A DNA stretch of 62,870 bases, counting the filler, from Reclinomonas americana ATCC 50394 (taxonomy: Eukaryota), in assembly GCA_048213135.1 (NCBI GenBank). It is 4 parts of 2 records of this genome, joined end to end, with 100 filler letters (N's around TTAATTAATTAA, not from the genome) between each part and the next. Parts side by side here need not be neighbours in the genome. Positions count along the whole stretch, not along the records: positions 13,784 to 27,875 come from PS015208.1; positions 27,976 to 54,710 come from PS015208.1; 2 more parts are not named here. The stretch is one strand, 5' to 3'. Every line of letters starts with the position of its first letter. The first letter of the stretch is position 1. Positions 25,695 through 38,727 of the stretch are shown piece after piece. The position numbers were made by a program, and so were the translations under genes. Below the pieces are notes generated by a model. That model did no database searches. It was given only the letters and a program-made list of their open reading frames with translations, and was not told where the DNA came from.

Positions 25695-27875
25695 ATGTTG
25701 TCGTGGCTGCCGTGGAAACGGCGACGCCTCAAGCCACTCAAGTTCCTCGTCGGTTCGTCTCCTCACACACTCACCCGCCCAGGCACACGTGGCACGGTCG
25801 CAACGGTCGTCTCTCTCTCCCCTCTCCCTCTCCCCTGTTCACGCACACGCCCACACGCTCGACTAAACAGCGCCCGTTGTTCTCACTCTCTTTGTCCTCT
25901 CTCTCCTTTCTCTCTTTGCTCTTTCTCTCAGGGCTGACGGTGATGCGGTTGCGCGACATCACCTACGCGGCGGGAAGCGGTCGCGTCTTCACCAAAGTCA
26001 AAGTCGCCGGCAACAAGCCAGCCACCACTCGCTCGGCCGACATTCATGCCAATGGCTGTGTCGAATGGGCCGAAGGCAAGTTGTTTGTGGTGGTGATTCC
26101 TGTTGTCTCCAGTCATCATCATCAGTCACTGTTTCCCTTGCTTCATCCTCTCACTCTCACTCTCTCTCTCTCTCTCTCTACATCTCCTTCATCTCTCCAC
26201 ATCGTTGCTTTGGGCAGTACGGGTGTTGGTGTCAGATGATCCTTTGCTTGTGTGCACACTCCACAGCAGCGCACATGCGCACGCACACATTAATGCACCC
26301 CTTGACGGTAGGAATCCCACCTCTACCCGTCGGTATTCTTGTTCTTTATTCTGCGGGTGATTTCGTTAGGGATCACACACTNNNNNNNNNNNNNNNNNNN
26401 NNNNNNNNNNNNNNNNNNNNNNNNNNNNNNNNNNNNNNNNNNNNNNNNNNNNNNNNNNNNNNNNNNNNNNNNNNNNNNNNNNNNNNNNNNNNNNNNNNNN
26501 NNNNNNNNNNNNNNNNNNNNNNNNNNNNNNNNNNNNNNNNNNNNNNNNNNNNNNNNNNNNNNNNNNNNNNNNNNNNNNNNNNNNNNNNNNNNNNNNNNNN
26601 NNNNNNNNNNNNNNNNNNNNNNNNNNNNNNNNNNNNNNNNNNNNNNNNNNNNNNNNNNNNNNNNNNNNNNNNNNNNNNNNNNNNNNNNNNNNNNNNNNNN
26701 NNNNNNNNNNNNNNNNNNNNNNNNNNNNNNNNNNNNNNNNNNNNNNNNNNNNNNNNNNNNNNNNNNNNNNNNNNNNNNNNNNNNNNNNNNNNNNNNNNNN
26801 NNNNNNNNNNNNNNNNNNNNNNNNNNNNNNNNNNNNNNNNNNNNNNNNNNNNNNNNNNNNNNNNNNNNNNNNNNNNNNNNNNNNNNNNNNNNNNNNNNNN
26901 NNNNNNNNNNNNNNNNNNNNNNNNNNNNNNNNNNNNNNNNNNNNNNNNNNNNNNNNNNNNNNNNNNNNNNNNNNNNNNNNNNNNNNNNNNNNNNNNNNNN
27001 NNNNCTATTTTCTCCCGCGCTCACTCACTCACTGCAAACACAGGTTTCGGATTCGAGTGCGAGCTGAAGCTCGATCAGGACAGCAACGAGCTGCAGCCGT
27101 TTGTGTGCCGCCTGTCGGTGCGCAGGGAGACCAAGGGCGGCAAATCACACGAACGCATTGGTGTGGCGCTGGTGGACCTGGCGCCGCTGGCGGCGCTGCG
27201 CAAGGGCACCAAGTTGTATGTGCTGCACGATTCGGCCATCAATTGCATTCTGGAGATCTCGTTCAACTTGTTGCAGACGAGTGGGGATCACACCTGGAAG
27301 ATTCGGCAGGATGAAGATGATGGCGATGATGATCTCATGGATGGATTGGACGGCGACGATCATCTCGCCCCACCACCCATTTCTGGAGTCGGCGGCTCGG
27401 GCATCGGTCGTGCACGGAGGTTATCGAGCGATCACTCCAGTCGGGGAGGAGGTGGGGGCGGTAGTGGCGGCGGTGGAGGAGGCGCGGGCGGTGGAGGAGG
27501 TGGTGGTGGGAGTGGGACGGGTGGTACGGCGGACGACGATGAGGCCGCCACAGAACACGATCTCGATCCACCGCCTTCCATGCGCGCCGCTCGTCGGAGC
27601 ATCGACAGTGAGCCGTACTTGACCATGGACGTGTTGCGACGGCGCAGTGCGTCGGGCGATGCGACCTCACTGCCACCGGCGGTTCCTGTCTTGTCCGTCA
27701 ATGGTGTGCGGCGTGGAGGTGATGCTGCCGGTCACCGGAGCATACCGGCGGGGCGGGTGAGTCTCTCTCTCTCTCTCTTTTCTCTCTCTCCCTTTGTAAT
27801 GTGCTGAATTGTGTGGCATGTCGTCACAGCAACGTGGCTCTGGGAGTCTCTCGGAGCTGGACGAGATGCGTGATC
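25695..27875 (+). CDS. NT-C2 (EEIG1/EHBP1/FAM102-type) domain protein, partial
   Basis: KFLVGLTVMRLRDI, spliced CVEWAEGFGFECEL, CRLSVRRETKGGKSHERIGVALVDLA, DSAINCILEI, then a Gly/Asp low-complexity tail. Confidence 0.8.
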
Positions 27876-27919
27876 NNNNNNNNNNNNNNNNNNNNNNNNN
27901 NNNNNNNNNNNNNNNNNNN

Positions 27920-27931
27920 TTAATTAATTAA
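27920..27931. other. Artificial scaffold linker TTAATTAATTAA
   Basis: Same 12-mer within an N-run. Confidence 0.9.
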
Positions 27932-28324
27932 NNNNNNNNNNNNNNNNNNNNNNNNNNNNNNNNNNNNNNNNNNNNCATGTTTCCATACGACCGGAGGCCG
28001 ATGCACTGGCGGGATCTTCCTTTTTAGTGCGCGGAGTCTGGTGCTGGGAGACTAGAGTGATTTTCTTTTTGCTTTTGGCCACCCGTCGCCGCTGCTGCTG
28101 CTGCTGGTGTTGCCACTGTACTGCGAGCGTGTGAATGTGTGTGTGTAAGGCTTGGCGTTCTTGGCAATATCTGTGATGCGATGTGGGAGGGAGGCGGGGA
28201 GGGGCGTTTCTGATTACAAAACAAGGTGCACCAGAGAGATTTACTGTGCACAACGAACCGCAAAACAAGCTAAACAACGAGGGGGACAGAAGAAGGAAGA
28301 GGGAGGGGGGAAGTACTACAAGAA

Positions 28325-28974
28325 CTAGGATCGCTCGCCGCCAGACCACGAACGCGACGATGACGAATGACTGCTGACATCAGACTCGCTCGTCTGATGG
28401 CCCTTCCGTGCCGCCGCCGTGACGACAGTGGGGACTGCGGGGACCGGTGGTGGTGCATACCGCTGGCTGAGACTTTCCAGCGGTTCCAACGGTGAATCAA
28501 TCCCACTGCCGTCGGCGCAGGCAAACGAGTGACTCGGTGCCGACAGGTTGCGCGACGCTCCACGCGAACCACGCGATCCACGCAACACAGGCGAAGCGCC
28601 GGGCGACGACAAGATCGCGCCTGGCGAATGCGTCGGCTGTGCGTGCGTACGCTGGTGATGATGGTGGTGACTGCGGTGGTGATGATGCTGGTGATGGTGG
28701 TGGTGATCGTGACGCGTGTGGTGGTGATGGTGATGCCTTCTGGAGTGATTGGACGGCGGAGCCAGAATGCTCACCGGCACGGCCGACGACGAGAGAACGG
28801 GCGTATACAACGCCGGTGGCGTGGTACCCGAGCCTTCCGCCGCCGACGCCGACACCGACTCGGACGGCTCAGTCATCACGGCCGCATCGTCGACATTGCC
28901 GCCGTCCGAGTTGCGCGACGAGTGTGTAGAAATCGACTCTAGCGTGCTCCGCAACACGTCGTGCACGATTTCCA
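28325..28974 (-). CDS. 3' exon of an unknown protein with a His-rich tract; 5' part lies in the gap
   Basis: Open frame EIVHDVLRSTLES...HHHHHHTRHDHHHHHQHHHHR...SGGERS-stop. Confidence 0.5.
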
Positions 28975-30090
28975 NNNNNNNNNNNNNNNNNNNNNNNNNN
29001 NNNNNNNNNNNNNNNNNNNNNNNNNNNNNNNNNNNNNNNNNNNNNNNNNNNNNNNNNNNNNNNNNNNNNNNNNNNNNNNNNNNNNNNNNNNNNNNNNNNN
29101 NNNNNNNNNNNNNNNNNNNNNNNNNNNNNNNNNNNNNNNNNNNNNNNNNNNNNNNNNNNNNNNNNNNNNNNNNNNNNNNNNNNNNNNNNNNNNNNNNNNN
29201 NNNNNNNNNNNNNNNNNNNNNNNNNNNNNNNNNNNNNNNNNNNNNNNNNNNNNNNNNNNNNNNNNNNNNNNNNNNNNNNNNNNNNNNNNNNNNNNNNNNN
29301 NNNNNNNNNNNNNNNNNNNNNNNNNNNNNNNNNNNNNNNNNNNNNNNNNNNNNNNNNNNNNNNNNNNNNNNNNNNNNNNNNNNNNNNNNNNNNNNNNNNN
29401 NNNNNNNNNNNNNNNNNNNNNNNNNNNNNNNNNNNNNNNNNNNNNNNNNNNNNNNNNNNNNNNNNNNNNNNNNNNNNNNNNNNNNNNNNNNNNNNNNNNN
29501 NNNNNNNNNNNNNNNNNNNNNNNNNNNNNNNNNNNNNNNNNNNNNNNNNNNNNNNNNNNNNNNNNNNNNNNNNNNNNNNNNNNNNNNNNNNNNNNNNNNN
29601 NNNNNNNNNNNNNNNNNNNNNNNNNNNNNNNNNNNNNNNNNNNNNNNNNNNNNNNNNNNNNNNNNNNNNNNNNNNNNNNNNNNNNNNNNNNNNNNNNNNN
29701 NNNNNNNNNNNNNNNNNNNNNNNNNNNNNNNNNNNNNNNNNNNNNNNNNNNNNNNNNNNNNNNNNNNNNNNNNNNNNNNNNNNNNNNNNNNNNNNNNNNN
29801 NNNNNNNNNNNNNNNNNNNNNNNNNNNNNNNNNNNNNNNNNNNNNNNNNNNNNNNNNNNNNNNNNNNNNNNNNNNNGTGTGCGCGCGCATGTCGGCCATG
29901 TCGCCCTCGTGCTCCTGTTGTCGTGCGCCTGTCTGTGTTTCCTCCTCTGTGTGTGCGTGCACTAGCCCTTTGAGAATAGAGAGAGGGAAAAAGAGGCTCG
30001 CGCTCTCTCGCTGCTCGTGTGGGGGTGTCTGGTTTTCATGTCGGCGGCCATGATGTGCACTCACACACGGCGCCCTCGTGCACCACGCAG

Positions 30091-30707
30091 ACCCGAAGAT
30101 CCGCATCTACGATCTCGGCCGCAAGCGCGCAAGCGTGGAGGAGTTCCCCTTCTGCGCTCACCTGGTGTCGGATGAGCGTGAGCAGCTTTCGTCGGAGGCC
30201 CTCGAAGCCGGCCGCATTTGCTGCAACAAGTACATGGTGAAGAACGTCGGCAAGGACGCTTTCCATCTCCGTGTGCGCTGCCACCCGTTCCACGTCATCC
30301 GCATCAACAAGATGCTTTCCTGCGCCGGCGCCGATCGGTTTGTGACACAGCACACATTGCAGAAGTAACGCTGGATTTTTTGCTCACACCTCTGCCCGCA
30401 CAACAGTCTGCAGACGGGTATGCGTGGTGCTTACGGCAAGCCGACTGGCACTGTGGCCCGTGTCGCCATTGGCCAGATCATCATGTCGGTCCGCAGCAAG
30501 GACGCCAGCGGTGATCACGTGAAGGAGGCTCTCCGCCGCACCAAGTACAAGTTCCCTGGCCGCCAGCGCATTGTGGTGTCGCGCAAGTGGGGCTTCACCA
30601 ACTTTGAGCGTGCCGAGTACGAGCAGCTGCGCGCCGAGGGCAAGATCGTCGATTGCGGTGCTCACTGCCGCAAGAAGAGCGAGCGTGGCCCGCTGCCCCG
30701 CGACTAA
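30091..30707 (+). CDS. RPL10: 60S ribosomal protein L10 (uL16); first exon lies in the gap
   Basis: [66 protein letters not shown]. Intron 30338-30406. Confidence 0.97.
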
Positions 30708-31699
30708 ATTCAAGGCAACTCTCACAACAACGAACGGTGGCGGAGATGGTGGTGGTGTTTAGTGGCAGTGGTGGAGCGAGTGGGAGAGCAGGAGTATTGG
30801 AGCGNNNNNNNNNNNNNNNNNNNNNNNNNNNNNNNNNNNNNNNNNNNNNNNNNNNNNNNNNNNNNNNNNNNNNNNNNNNNNNNNNNNNNNNNNNNNNNNN
30901 NNNNNNNNNNNNNNNNNNNNNNNNNNNNNNNNNNNNNNNNNNNNNNNNNNNNNNNNNNNNNNNNNNNNNNNNNNNNNNNNNNNNNNNNNNNNNNNNNNNN
31001 NNNNNNNNNNNNNNNNNNNNNNNNNNNNNNNNNNNNNNNNNNNNNNNNNNNNNNNNNNNNNNNNNNNNNNNNNNNNNNNNNNNNNNNNNNNNNNNNNNNN
31101 NNNNNNNNNNNNNNNNNNNNNNNNNNNNNNNNNNNNNNNNNNNNNNNNNNNNNNNNNNNNNNNNNNNNNNNNNNNNNNNNNNNNNNNNNNNNNNNNNNNN
31201 NNNNNNNNNNNNNNNNNNNNNNNNNNNNNNNNNNNNNNNNNNNNNNNNNNNNNNNNNNNNNNNNNNNNNNNNNNNNNNNNNNNNNNNNNNNNNNNNNNNN
31301 NNNNNNNNNNNNNNNNNNNNNNNNNNNNNNNNNNNNNNNNNNNNNNNNNNNNNNNNNNNNNNNNNNNNNNNNNNNNNNNNNNNNNNNNNNNNNNNNNNNN
31401 NNNNNNNNNNNNNNNNNNNNNNNNNNNNNNNNNNNNNNNNNNNNNNNNNNNNNNNNNNNNNNNNNNNNNNNNNNNNNNNNNNNNNNNNNNNNNNNNNNNN
31501 NNNNNNNNNNNNNNNNNNNNNNNNNNNNNNNNNNNNNNNNNNNNNNNNNNNNNNNNNNNNNNNNNNNNNNNNNNNNNNNNNNNNNNNNNNNNNNNNNNNN
31601 NNNNGTTGTGCTCTCTCTCCTCTCCCCCCCTCTCTCTCTCATCGTTCACTCACCGGGCACACCACGGCAGTACCGAGACTTGATGTACGCTGTGAAGGA

Positions 31700-33720
31700 G
31701 AAACACACACAAATCACAATCAGGAATCATGTCTCTCTTTTCCCAGTGCTGCACCAAAAGGGATTACGCACGCCGGTTCTTGCAGTCTGCGCAGCGGCAA
31801 TGGACAGAGAGGTAAGCCATCACATAACACATGCACGCCTCTCAAGCGCTGGTGCAGTGAACGCAACAGCGGTAGCAGCGGGCGGGGCGACGAGCCATGG
31901 CTGTGAGTTAAGCAAACAAGCACACAAGAGTCAACAACCCTCGCCGCTCATGCATTCCATCTCTCCCTTCTTCTTCCCCTCCCTCTTCTCCTCCCACTAC
32001 ATCGCACACGCCACACTGGCTGGCGGGGGAAGGGCGCGAGGAGGTGTGGATGTGAGATGCACATGCGCGCTCACTCACACCCGCGCCTTTTGCCACAACC
32101 CGCTTATCCCCTCGTACCCCCCTTCACACTCTACGCACACGCACGCACACACAAGCTGTCTCCTTCTCACTGACTTCCAGGCACGGCGCCAGCGCTCACC
32201 TGTGGCTTGATGGACAGTGTGAAGGACTTTGATCGGTCGGAGTGGGCACTCCGAATCGGGGTCTACATTTGGATCCCCTGTCAAAACAAAGCGCACACAG
32301 CTCCGTTGTCTACACGGACGAATCCGTCTTCGACACACGAGGATATGGCGTCCAGTTGCTCCTTGACTCCGAGATGCAGCTCCGAGTGCAACTGCAGCAA
32401 GTCACGATCAGTTTCTATGCGTTTCTTCCTGTGCATCTCGGCGCCACGCAACAAAGAGCTTGAGGTCGGTCAGCGGGAGGCGGTGATCACTCGTCTGACG
32501 CACGCGGCAAAAGGCGGCCAGAGTGGCACTGCGGGTGGACAAGTGGGGCAAGCGCAGCAGTCGCTCGGTCACCTCACGCCACTCTGCTACCGAGTCGACG
32601 AGCGCCGCACCGTGCTGTTGCAGGCGGGCAGTGGTTTGCTCGTGAGTGGCGACCTCCTGTTGCAGTGCCTCGGCCACACTGGAGAGCGGTGCACTCTCGC
32701 CGAGCTCCTCCCGGCGACGCATCTCACGCTGTAGGGCGTCGCACTCGGCACGCAACATTCGCAGCTCGGCCTCGGCCGCCGTCGGTGTTGCCGTGATGGT
32801 GCTCGAGGAGGAGGAGGAGGAGCAGGAGTCCATTGTAGTCGCCCTCAGCGTCTGCAGCACCGACCCTGTGCTTGCCACGATGTGGATCAGCACGTTAACT
32901 TGCTGGCATGTATGTGGACGATCACACGCAACGTGCATCCTGCAAGTCACGCTGCAGAAGTGCCAGCTCATCGCGGGCACTCTTGAGCGCCGCAGTCTTC
33001 TCCAGCAGTGTTCGCGCCAGCTGCTCCAGGTGCAGTCGGTTCGCTGCTTCCTCCGCCGCAGCGGCACGTCTCGCCTCCTGCTCGGCCTCCAGCGCCGCCA
33101 CCTGGAAGAAGACAATTGTCAGTTGTCTCGCGCACGACACACGACTCCTCAACTCGCGCAACTCGTCTCTGCTGCTCTTCGGCCTCCACCTCGAGTGCCG
33201 CAATCTCGCTCTGCAGTGCGCGCAGTATTTCACTGCGATCCGGCGGCGTCAGTCGCACGTATCCACCGAGTAGACACACACACGCACTCAAGCCGCAACT
33301 CTTGCCCACGTGCTGTTCTCACCGCGGCCTCTCGTCGGCTCGCTTCCTCCACTCGCTGCGTCACACACGTACAGTAACAGTGAGAGACGATCAGCAGAGA
33401 AGAGCAGCGGGCGATCTCGCCGCACCTGCTTCTCCGCAGCCACTCGATCGAGGAGACGCTGGCGGATCAACGCCACGCGCGTTGTTTGCTCGTTCAGCTC
33501 ACTGTAACGCGTGATCAGACGAGGCAAACCTCCCCATGCGCGCTCGGAGAGAACGCAACAACAGCTGGCAGTCTCGCATCGCGGCATCGGTCGCCTCCAT
33601 CACCCGTTGTCGCTTGCGTGCCGGCTCATCGCTCTCCATTGTCACTGATCCACTGGCGCCGATCAGCATCGCCTCCAGCGTGTCCATCCACGGAGCCACA
33701 CCGCCAACTCCACTGATCAT
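31700..33720 (-). CDS. Multi-exon coiled-coil hypothetical protein; both ends approximate
   Basis: Heptad-rich exons (EILRALQSEIAALEVE, VAALEAEQEARR, ELRMLRAECDALQRE) joined by introns 33233-33299, 33102-33162 and 32866-32932. Confidence 0.6.
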
Positions 33721-34087
33721 ATTGTAAGGAGACGTGTGCGCGCGCGCTGAGTATAAAAGGCGTGCGTACCGCTTCAGTTGACGACATCGCTCGAGGACGT
33801 GTCGCTCTTGATCAGTGGCCGCACGCTGAGCAAGAGACGAAGAGTGTAATCAGCAGAGATCATAACGGTTGACTAACTGATGAATAGTGGCGCGAAGGCA
33901 CGCAATCGCTCACTGATCGCCTCTCTCCCTCTCTGTCAGTCGCTTCTGTCGATGTTGCACGCGGGAGAACAGACTCTGCGATTGTGTGCGCACGACACTC
34001 ACCGCTGTCATATTCTCTCCTCGTCTCTCCAACAAAAGACGAACAAACCGAGAGGGACAAACAAAAACTTCGCCTTCACTATGATAT

Positions 34088-37000
34088 CTACTCCTTGAAG
34101 CCCCTCAGCCATGGCGCGTCCTTGCCAGGTCTGAAGACGCGGATTGGATGTGCTTCCGTATTGAACACCCACTGTCAACACAAAACGGTCGGTGAGCGAT
34201 CATCTTCCCCGAGACAAGAACAAAATAATGACGCACCTCGTCGAGCGGAATGACATCGTCGGGTGCAAAGAGCAGGTACAAGTACTTGAGGGTTTCGGCC
34301 AGGAAGAAACTCTGCATGAGATCGTCCTGCTGCGTCTCGCCCACTGTCACGTCGAACACGCCAGCGTAGCCACCGCCTTGCACTTCGCAGTGCTTGCGGA
34401 TGGCCTGGAAAATCTCCCAGCCCCACTCGCGATAGATTGGGTCGTGCGTCAGCCGCCACAACACGAAGAGACTCTCCACCGTCTCTGTGCACCAGACACA
34501 TTGTGTTCAGCAGCGGCAGCAAAGCGGGAAAGCAGGTGTCACACGAAACCTGGTCGGAGAATGTAGTACCGAGCGCCTGCATACAGATCCTGCCCCGGCG
34601 CAAAGTTCATCACCTCCGGGCCGAGGCCGCTTGCCATGCGGTGATACGACTCGTAGCATGTGCGAGTGATGCCCTTGGCCGCCTCCAAGTCCTTCTTGGC
34701 ACGCGGACCGCGAGCGCCGAGAGCCAGCATACCGCCGGCAAAGCACACGAGGTGGTCCATCTTGGGCGACTTGAAGGTGCCTTGCAACTCGGCCAGGTAC
34801 ACCAAGCCGCTGGGAGACGACACGTCGAGCATTCGCTGCACACACGCACAAACGCAAGTGTGAGCAGGCGTTGGCGAAACACAAACAAAAAAGAATCACT
34901 CTCGTACGACAAACCGCATGCACTCCCTCCATGGCCTGGTCGTACATTTCACGGTACGTGTCCTCGGTCTGTGCCGTCAGCAGCCACTGCTTCAGCAGAT
35001 ACTCAAAGTAGCTGTCGCCGAGGGCACCAAATGTGACATGCGCTGCGCATCACCACACGCCATCGCGGTCAACAAAATAAATGAAATCATCACGGCCGCA
35101 GCGCGCAAATCGCACACGCAACAAGAGGTAAAGTGGCCGGAATCGACATTGAGATAGATGGGCGCCAGGCCCATGGAATCGGGAGGCAGGTTGCGTCGAA
35201 TCACGTCGATGATGGTCGTCACCTGTGGTGCGGAGATGAGAAAGAGTCACCATCAAATTAGAGTCACTCAATCACCACTCTCAGCAAGCACCTTGTTCGC
35301 GTAGGTGGGGTCGCCCAAGCGATCGGCCAGCGCCTTGAACTCCACCTGCAGAGTGCCGACCTCGGAAAGCACCACCGATCCACCGGTCCACGACGGCACA
35401 GACACTTGACCCCTGCACAATCATAGATGAGAACAGACACGAGCTGGTTGGTGTGGTGTTCGTGCGACGACTCACGTCATGAGATTCACGGTGGTGAACG
35501 GCAGTCCGCTTGACGAAGTGAAGCCGCGCAACAGGCGATCGGCACAATCCTTGGCCTTGTCGAGCAGGATGCGCTCGCCGCTCAGATCGTACGCACTGAC
35601 CAGGCCGCCAACCACGCGAATGGTGGTCTCGAACAGCGAGATGCCTCCGTTCACGTCGAACGAGAGGTTTTGCCGAATCCACTCCACACCGGCCTTGAAG
35701 TCGTTCTTGAGACCCATGATCCACATGGTGTCGAGCGAGTCGAGCACCGTCAGCGCAACGCCACCGGGAATCCTGCACGCATACGCGTTAAAGCCGGCGC
35801 GCGCAGTACTGCTGGCGTGCAGACAGTGCTCACCAGTCGTGGAACGTGCGAGACTGCGGCTTGAACTCGTCGTGGCCCCACGCGTACATCTTGTAGCCCT
35901 CGTAGGCATGGATAAAGGCCTGTGTCCCCCGGAGCAAAAAACAGGAGGCGTGCACGGATTGAGCGAGAGAAACGGGGAAAACCACGGTGACGGCGGAAGC
36001 GAGACGCACGTCCTTGACAGCCTGCATCTTTTGCGTGTCGCCGTTCTTGGAGTTGTACGTCTGACTGCGATTGCCCTTGCCGGCCCATTCGCTCGCATCG
36101 CTCTTGCCGTTGGCACCGCCAAACATGGACGAGATCTTGCCGAAAAGCGATCCTGCACATCGTTGGCGCACACAGTGAGCTACACGCAAACGCACACACG
36201 CACACACATGTGGACGGCAGCAGGCACACCACCGTCACCGGAGGGCATGTCGGGAGGCCGCGGTACCAAATCATCGGGATTCTCCTCCGGTTTCGCACTG
36301 GACTTGTCGCTCCCGCTGTCGCCCGCTTCCGGCTTCAGTCGGTCCTTGGGCGGACCCGGCGTGCCAATCTTCCGTCGCCGACGTGCAGCCTTGTCCACTG
36401 GCTTCACTCGCTCGTTGTCGTCCCTATCGAGTTTTTTTTCAGCAACGACACCAGCATGTCCAAACACGACTCTCACTGCCGCCGCCAGCCAACTGCCGCC
36501 GCACTCACGCAACATCACATGATCAGGGTCGACAGAGAATGTGTCCACTGCGTCAGCCGGTGGTGTGCGCGAAGACGCAGGGAGCTGCTGTCGCCGTTTC
36601 CGTGGCCTACCGATCCGAATCGTCAGTCGGCAGTCGTCGGAACAAGTAAACATTCCGCATGCCACGCAACTGCTTCTCCACTTTGGGTGTCGGCTCACTG
36701 TCATCAACAGCATCGTCGCCCTCCTCGCCATCGTCAACAACGCCCTCTTCCTCCTCATCCTCCTCCGCACCATCATCGTCTGCATACCCGTCCTCGTCCA
36801 CATCGTAATAGTCGTCGTTTTCGTCTGCGTACTCCTCCTCCTCTTCCAGCGAGGTCACGGGTTCCGGTCGAGGGCGACGACGTGTCGGTGGAGGCGGCGG
36901 TGACGGTGGCTGCTGTTGGAAAACAAAAATGAGGTGGAGGGCACAGAACGCATGCGCACCAAACGCACACATACGCACTCGTCGCCGGCGACCATGCCGT

Positions 37001-37551
37001 GACCCTGCCGACTCGTCATCGTCCACTGTGTTCATGTCACCTGCTGCACGGTTCCGTGAGCCCCTTGTGTGCAGTGAGAGAGAGTGCACAGAGAGATCAC
37101 AGACCAACGCGTGTCGCTGGCGACGAGGGCGACGACGACATACTCGCCACCACCAGCACCACCAACAGGAACAAGAGCAGTGCAAGAGCAATCTTCGTGC
37201 CGGTGCCGTAGCTCTTCAAGCGAATCAGCAGCAGACCGAGACTGAATCGACCTGTGTCACACACACACGCGCAGTCAGTTGACCAGCGCGACACTCACTC
37301 CCCACTTGCACATACACCCCCAACGCACCACCCTTGTTCTTTCCGTCGCTGTCCTCGTCGAGGTGCGTGGTGCTTCCGTTGAGCAGCAGAGGAGTCGACG
37401 CAGCAATGGTGGGGCGTGCGGAGATGGTGCCGCCGCCGTTGAGAGCTGTGCTGCCACCGCCACCATTAGCACTGCTGAGAGCAGTGCCATTGCCACTGCC
37501 TCCACTGCCGCCGCCGCCACCGCCGCCTCCGTTGGTGTAGAGCGGAAGCAT
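34088..37551 (-). CDS. Class I alpha-1,2-mannosidase (GH47), type II membrane
   Basis: TM anchor [15 protein letters not shown]. Motifs [86 protein letters not shown]. Confidence 0.95.
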
Positions 37552-38727
37552 GAGTGCTCTCGCGATCGGCCGGCACGTGTCGTGAAGTGAGCAGATGAAT
37601 TTTCGTTCGGAAAACAAGTGCATGCACTGGGCCTGTGGACGCCGATACGAATACAGATACAGCGTGGGCTGTGTCGAGAGGCAGACGCTGCGACTGGCGG
37701 CGTCGGCGGGGTGCCTTTCGTGGATTATTTCATCCGCTGCGAGTTGCATTTGTTCGGATTTATGCATGAAACTGGCCACCGCAGCGCTGCGGTCCACGTC
37801 GAGCTCGTCTTTCCCCCTTTCACATCCGTGCTGCAACCACATTACGCAGGGCGTCTGTCGATCTGCATCCGATACACACGGAAGTGCCGGCGCCGTCATT
37901 GAATTGCACGTGCAATTGGCGATGTCGATTGGTTTTAGGTTCTTCAGTCGAAATCGTCGCGCAGTGCGATATTTGTTTGTGGTGTTGTAGTTGTCATTGT
38001 GCCCTGTGTGAGCTCTTCGTTGGTGACCCGCTTTCGAGAGATACAAGCGCACACGATAAATGCGCATGCATTGTGCGCGCCACGTACGCCCCTTCAGATC
38101 GTCGTGGGCCGGTTGCAATTGAGCGGGTGCGCACCGGCGCAACCGTGTGGTTGGGGGTCGTGGTCGACGTTCAAGGCAAGCAGGCGTACCCGGAAAAGGT
38201 CAATCAAGCATACTTGCCACAGTTTGCGTGCGCAAGTAGTTTTTGGGTCATTTGCGCAATCAATCACTTGTTTCAAATATTTTGTGTGTTGCGAGAGCGG
38301 TGACATCCCCCACTCGTCGGTTTGCTCGCTGGCAGTGCGCAAGAAAGATCCCGCATCTGTGTCTCTCTGGACATTACCCCTCCAATCATCCCTGCGTGGC
38401 GCGTCGCGTACCCCTGTGCCGAGACGGAGAACGACAACTCGTCGCCATTTGCCAATCGATTGCCTCGCGTTCGTTGTTTGATTGGCTGCAGCGATTGAGT
38501 CTCGCACTCATCCACTCTGCTGTGAGGTGCGTTGTTGAAGAAGAGCTGCGGTAGTGGTGGTGGTGGACCATGGAGGGGCGAGAGATGACGGGCGTGGCTG
38601 TACACAAAATTGATTCTCTTTGCATCACCGGCCCCTCTTCATTCCTGACATTCTCACTCTCCTTGCTCTGCACGCCGTCTCGCTCACTCTCTTTCTCTTC
38701 TGCTGTGCTGCTGCAGTATCACCGGCG

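Noticed and set aside
33750-33920. TATAAAAGG followed by TGATGA...CTGA as a snoRNA or snRNA gene
   Set aside because: The boxes are only about 40 nt apart with no clear terminal stem, and there is no U1/U2/U6 signature. An Rfam scan would be needed.
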